Shown piece after piece: positions 63,462 to 64,000 of a stretch of 64,000 bases of DNA (the stretch's first letter is position 1; each line of letters begins with the position of its first letter). Both the position numbers and the translations under genes were made by a program. A model generated the notes under the pieces. The model was not told the DNA's origin. It ran no database searches and saw only the letters and a list, made by a program, of their open reading frames with translations. Source of the DNA: an uncultured Gammaproteobacteria bacterium (GTDB lineage: Bacteria > Patescibacteriota > Patescibacteriia > Patescibacteriales > UBA12465); assembly GCA_964355275.1 (NCBI GenBank), contig CAYHCB010000001.1:1532-65531 (forward strand). Direction: 5' to 3'.

Positions 63462-64000
63462 AATTTATAAATTTTCTAAATAGGGTTTTTTTATGAGTTA
63501 AAGCGACCGCTAACATAGCCCCCGATAATGACCAAAAAATCCATTGCATAACCGCATCTTTTAAAATATTATCAGTGGCACTAGCCGCCCCTAAACTAAT
63601 CATAAAAAATAATAAAAATAAGATTAACATCTTTAATCTTGGTCTGGTTTCCTGTCTAAATCCTTGCCACATTTTTTTTAAATAACTAATTAATAACCAG
63701 ACATAAGCTAGCAAGGCAAATATTCCTGATTCTAACCAAATTTTTAAATAATCATTATGAGGTTCAGTGGCAATTAAAAAACGGGGAATATTTTTTTGAA
63801 TAAAAATAGAAGCCGTTCCTGGTCCATAACCAAACCAAGGGTTAGTTTTTATATAAGAAAACATATCACGCCATAAATCTAGACGCCAAGCTGACGAATC
63901 AGTCGCCCCTAAAGTAGTTAAAGTAGAAATACGGTCTTGAAAGAAAGGAGCAAACAAATACAGCATAAAAACCGATAGCATAGAAATAAGTAACAATTTT
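63460..64000 (-). CDS. O-antigen ligase (Wzy_C)-like membrane protein, partial (runs off the window)
   Basis: The C-terminal 180 aa are visible. EPHNDYLKIWLESGIFALLAYVWLL matches the O-antigen-ligase loop/helix motif (H-N-x-Y-L). The frame stays open to the window edge. Confidence 0.6.
   Translation of the reverse strand, partial: KLLLISMLSVFMLYLFAPFFQDRISTLTTLGATDSSAWRLDLWRDMFSYIKTNPWFGYGPGTASIFIQKNIPRFLIATEPHNDYLKIWLESGIFALLAYVWLLISYLKKMWQGFRQETRPRLKMLILFLLFFMISLGAASATDNILKDAVMQWIFWSLSGAMLAVALTHKKTLFRKFIN

Noticed and set aside
1-64000. Idea that the organism uses genetic code 4 or 25 (TGA as Trp or Gly)
   Set aside because: Under the standard code every recognisable gene is full-length and uninterrupted, and no pair of adjacent same-frame ORFs is separated by TGA. 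The only in-frame TGAs noticed are in two short, probably dead ORFs (17758-17760 and about 9040). Only the weaker statement that TGA is unused as a stop is retained as a finding.

Overview
This is a 64-kb, very gene-dense stretch of a low-GC bacterial chromosome (roughly 30% GC by eye; not computed). All calls were made by eye from motifs, with no database search.

Likely source organism: the gene content suggests a Candidate Phyla Radiation / Patescibacteria-like organism, which is an inference. The supporting genes are:
- a DUF4012 protein
- an ECF-type sigma factor followed by a DUF5667 protein
- a Gmad2-domain protein
- a type IV pilin fused to a FISUMP domain
- shortened MetK, UvrA, UvrB and UvrC
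- start codons that mostly lack a Shine-Dalgarno sequence

No rRNA, tRNA, CRISPR array, integrase or transposase was seen.

Layout:
- 0.3-7.4 kb: a GC-richer defence island. It holds an ArdC-N-like small ORF, then a tightly packed operon of hsdR, a fused hsdM-hsdS, a HEPN-like ORF and a cytoplasmic trypsin-like protease.
- 7.5-17.7 kb: glycan and cell-envelope genes (glycosyltransferases, HIT, cupin, GH130, Gmad2, an RlpA-S11 fusion, a pilin-FISUMP fusion).
- 17.9-30.5 kb: purA, a beta-CASP hydrolase, orphan genes and a nitronate monooxygenase-like gene. These are followed by a hemerythrin, two paralogous 27/31-aa Cys-repeat proteins flanking a VIT1-like gene, and a SAM-I riboswitch with a short metK.
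- 30.6-41.3 kb: a 1688-aa orphan protein, a GT-C-like/TPR membrane protein, a GT2, an FN3 protein and a sigma/DUF5667 pair.
- 41.3-55.9 kb: a DenV-like glycosylase, a CBS-less IMPDH-family gene, an FMN reductase, a cold-shock gene, an ABC-F gene, a contiguous domain-reduced uvrB-uvrA-uvrC, a SIMPL gene, a frameshifted SDR, and an rplJ-rplL pair with a leader.
- 55.9-64 kb: envelope-associated genes (a large membrane protein, a wHTH regulator, DUF4012, a beta-propeller-like protein), a GC-richer secreted protein and a partial O-antigen-ligase-like gene.

Most interesting leads:
1. The HEPN-like plus trypsin-like protease pair appended to the type I R-M operon.
2. The hemerythrin / Cys-repeat / VIT1 / Cys-repeat locus.
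3. A TTAACAA motif at a fixed distance upstream of the start codon in six transcription units.
4. Coordinated loss of interaction and DNA-binding domains in UvrA, UvrB and UvrC.
5. No TGA stop among the 51 gene ends.
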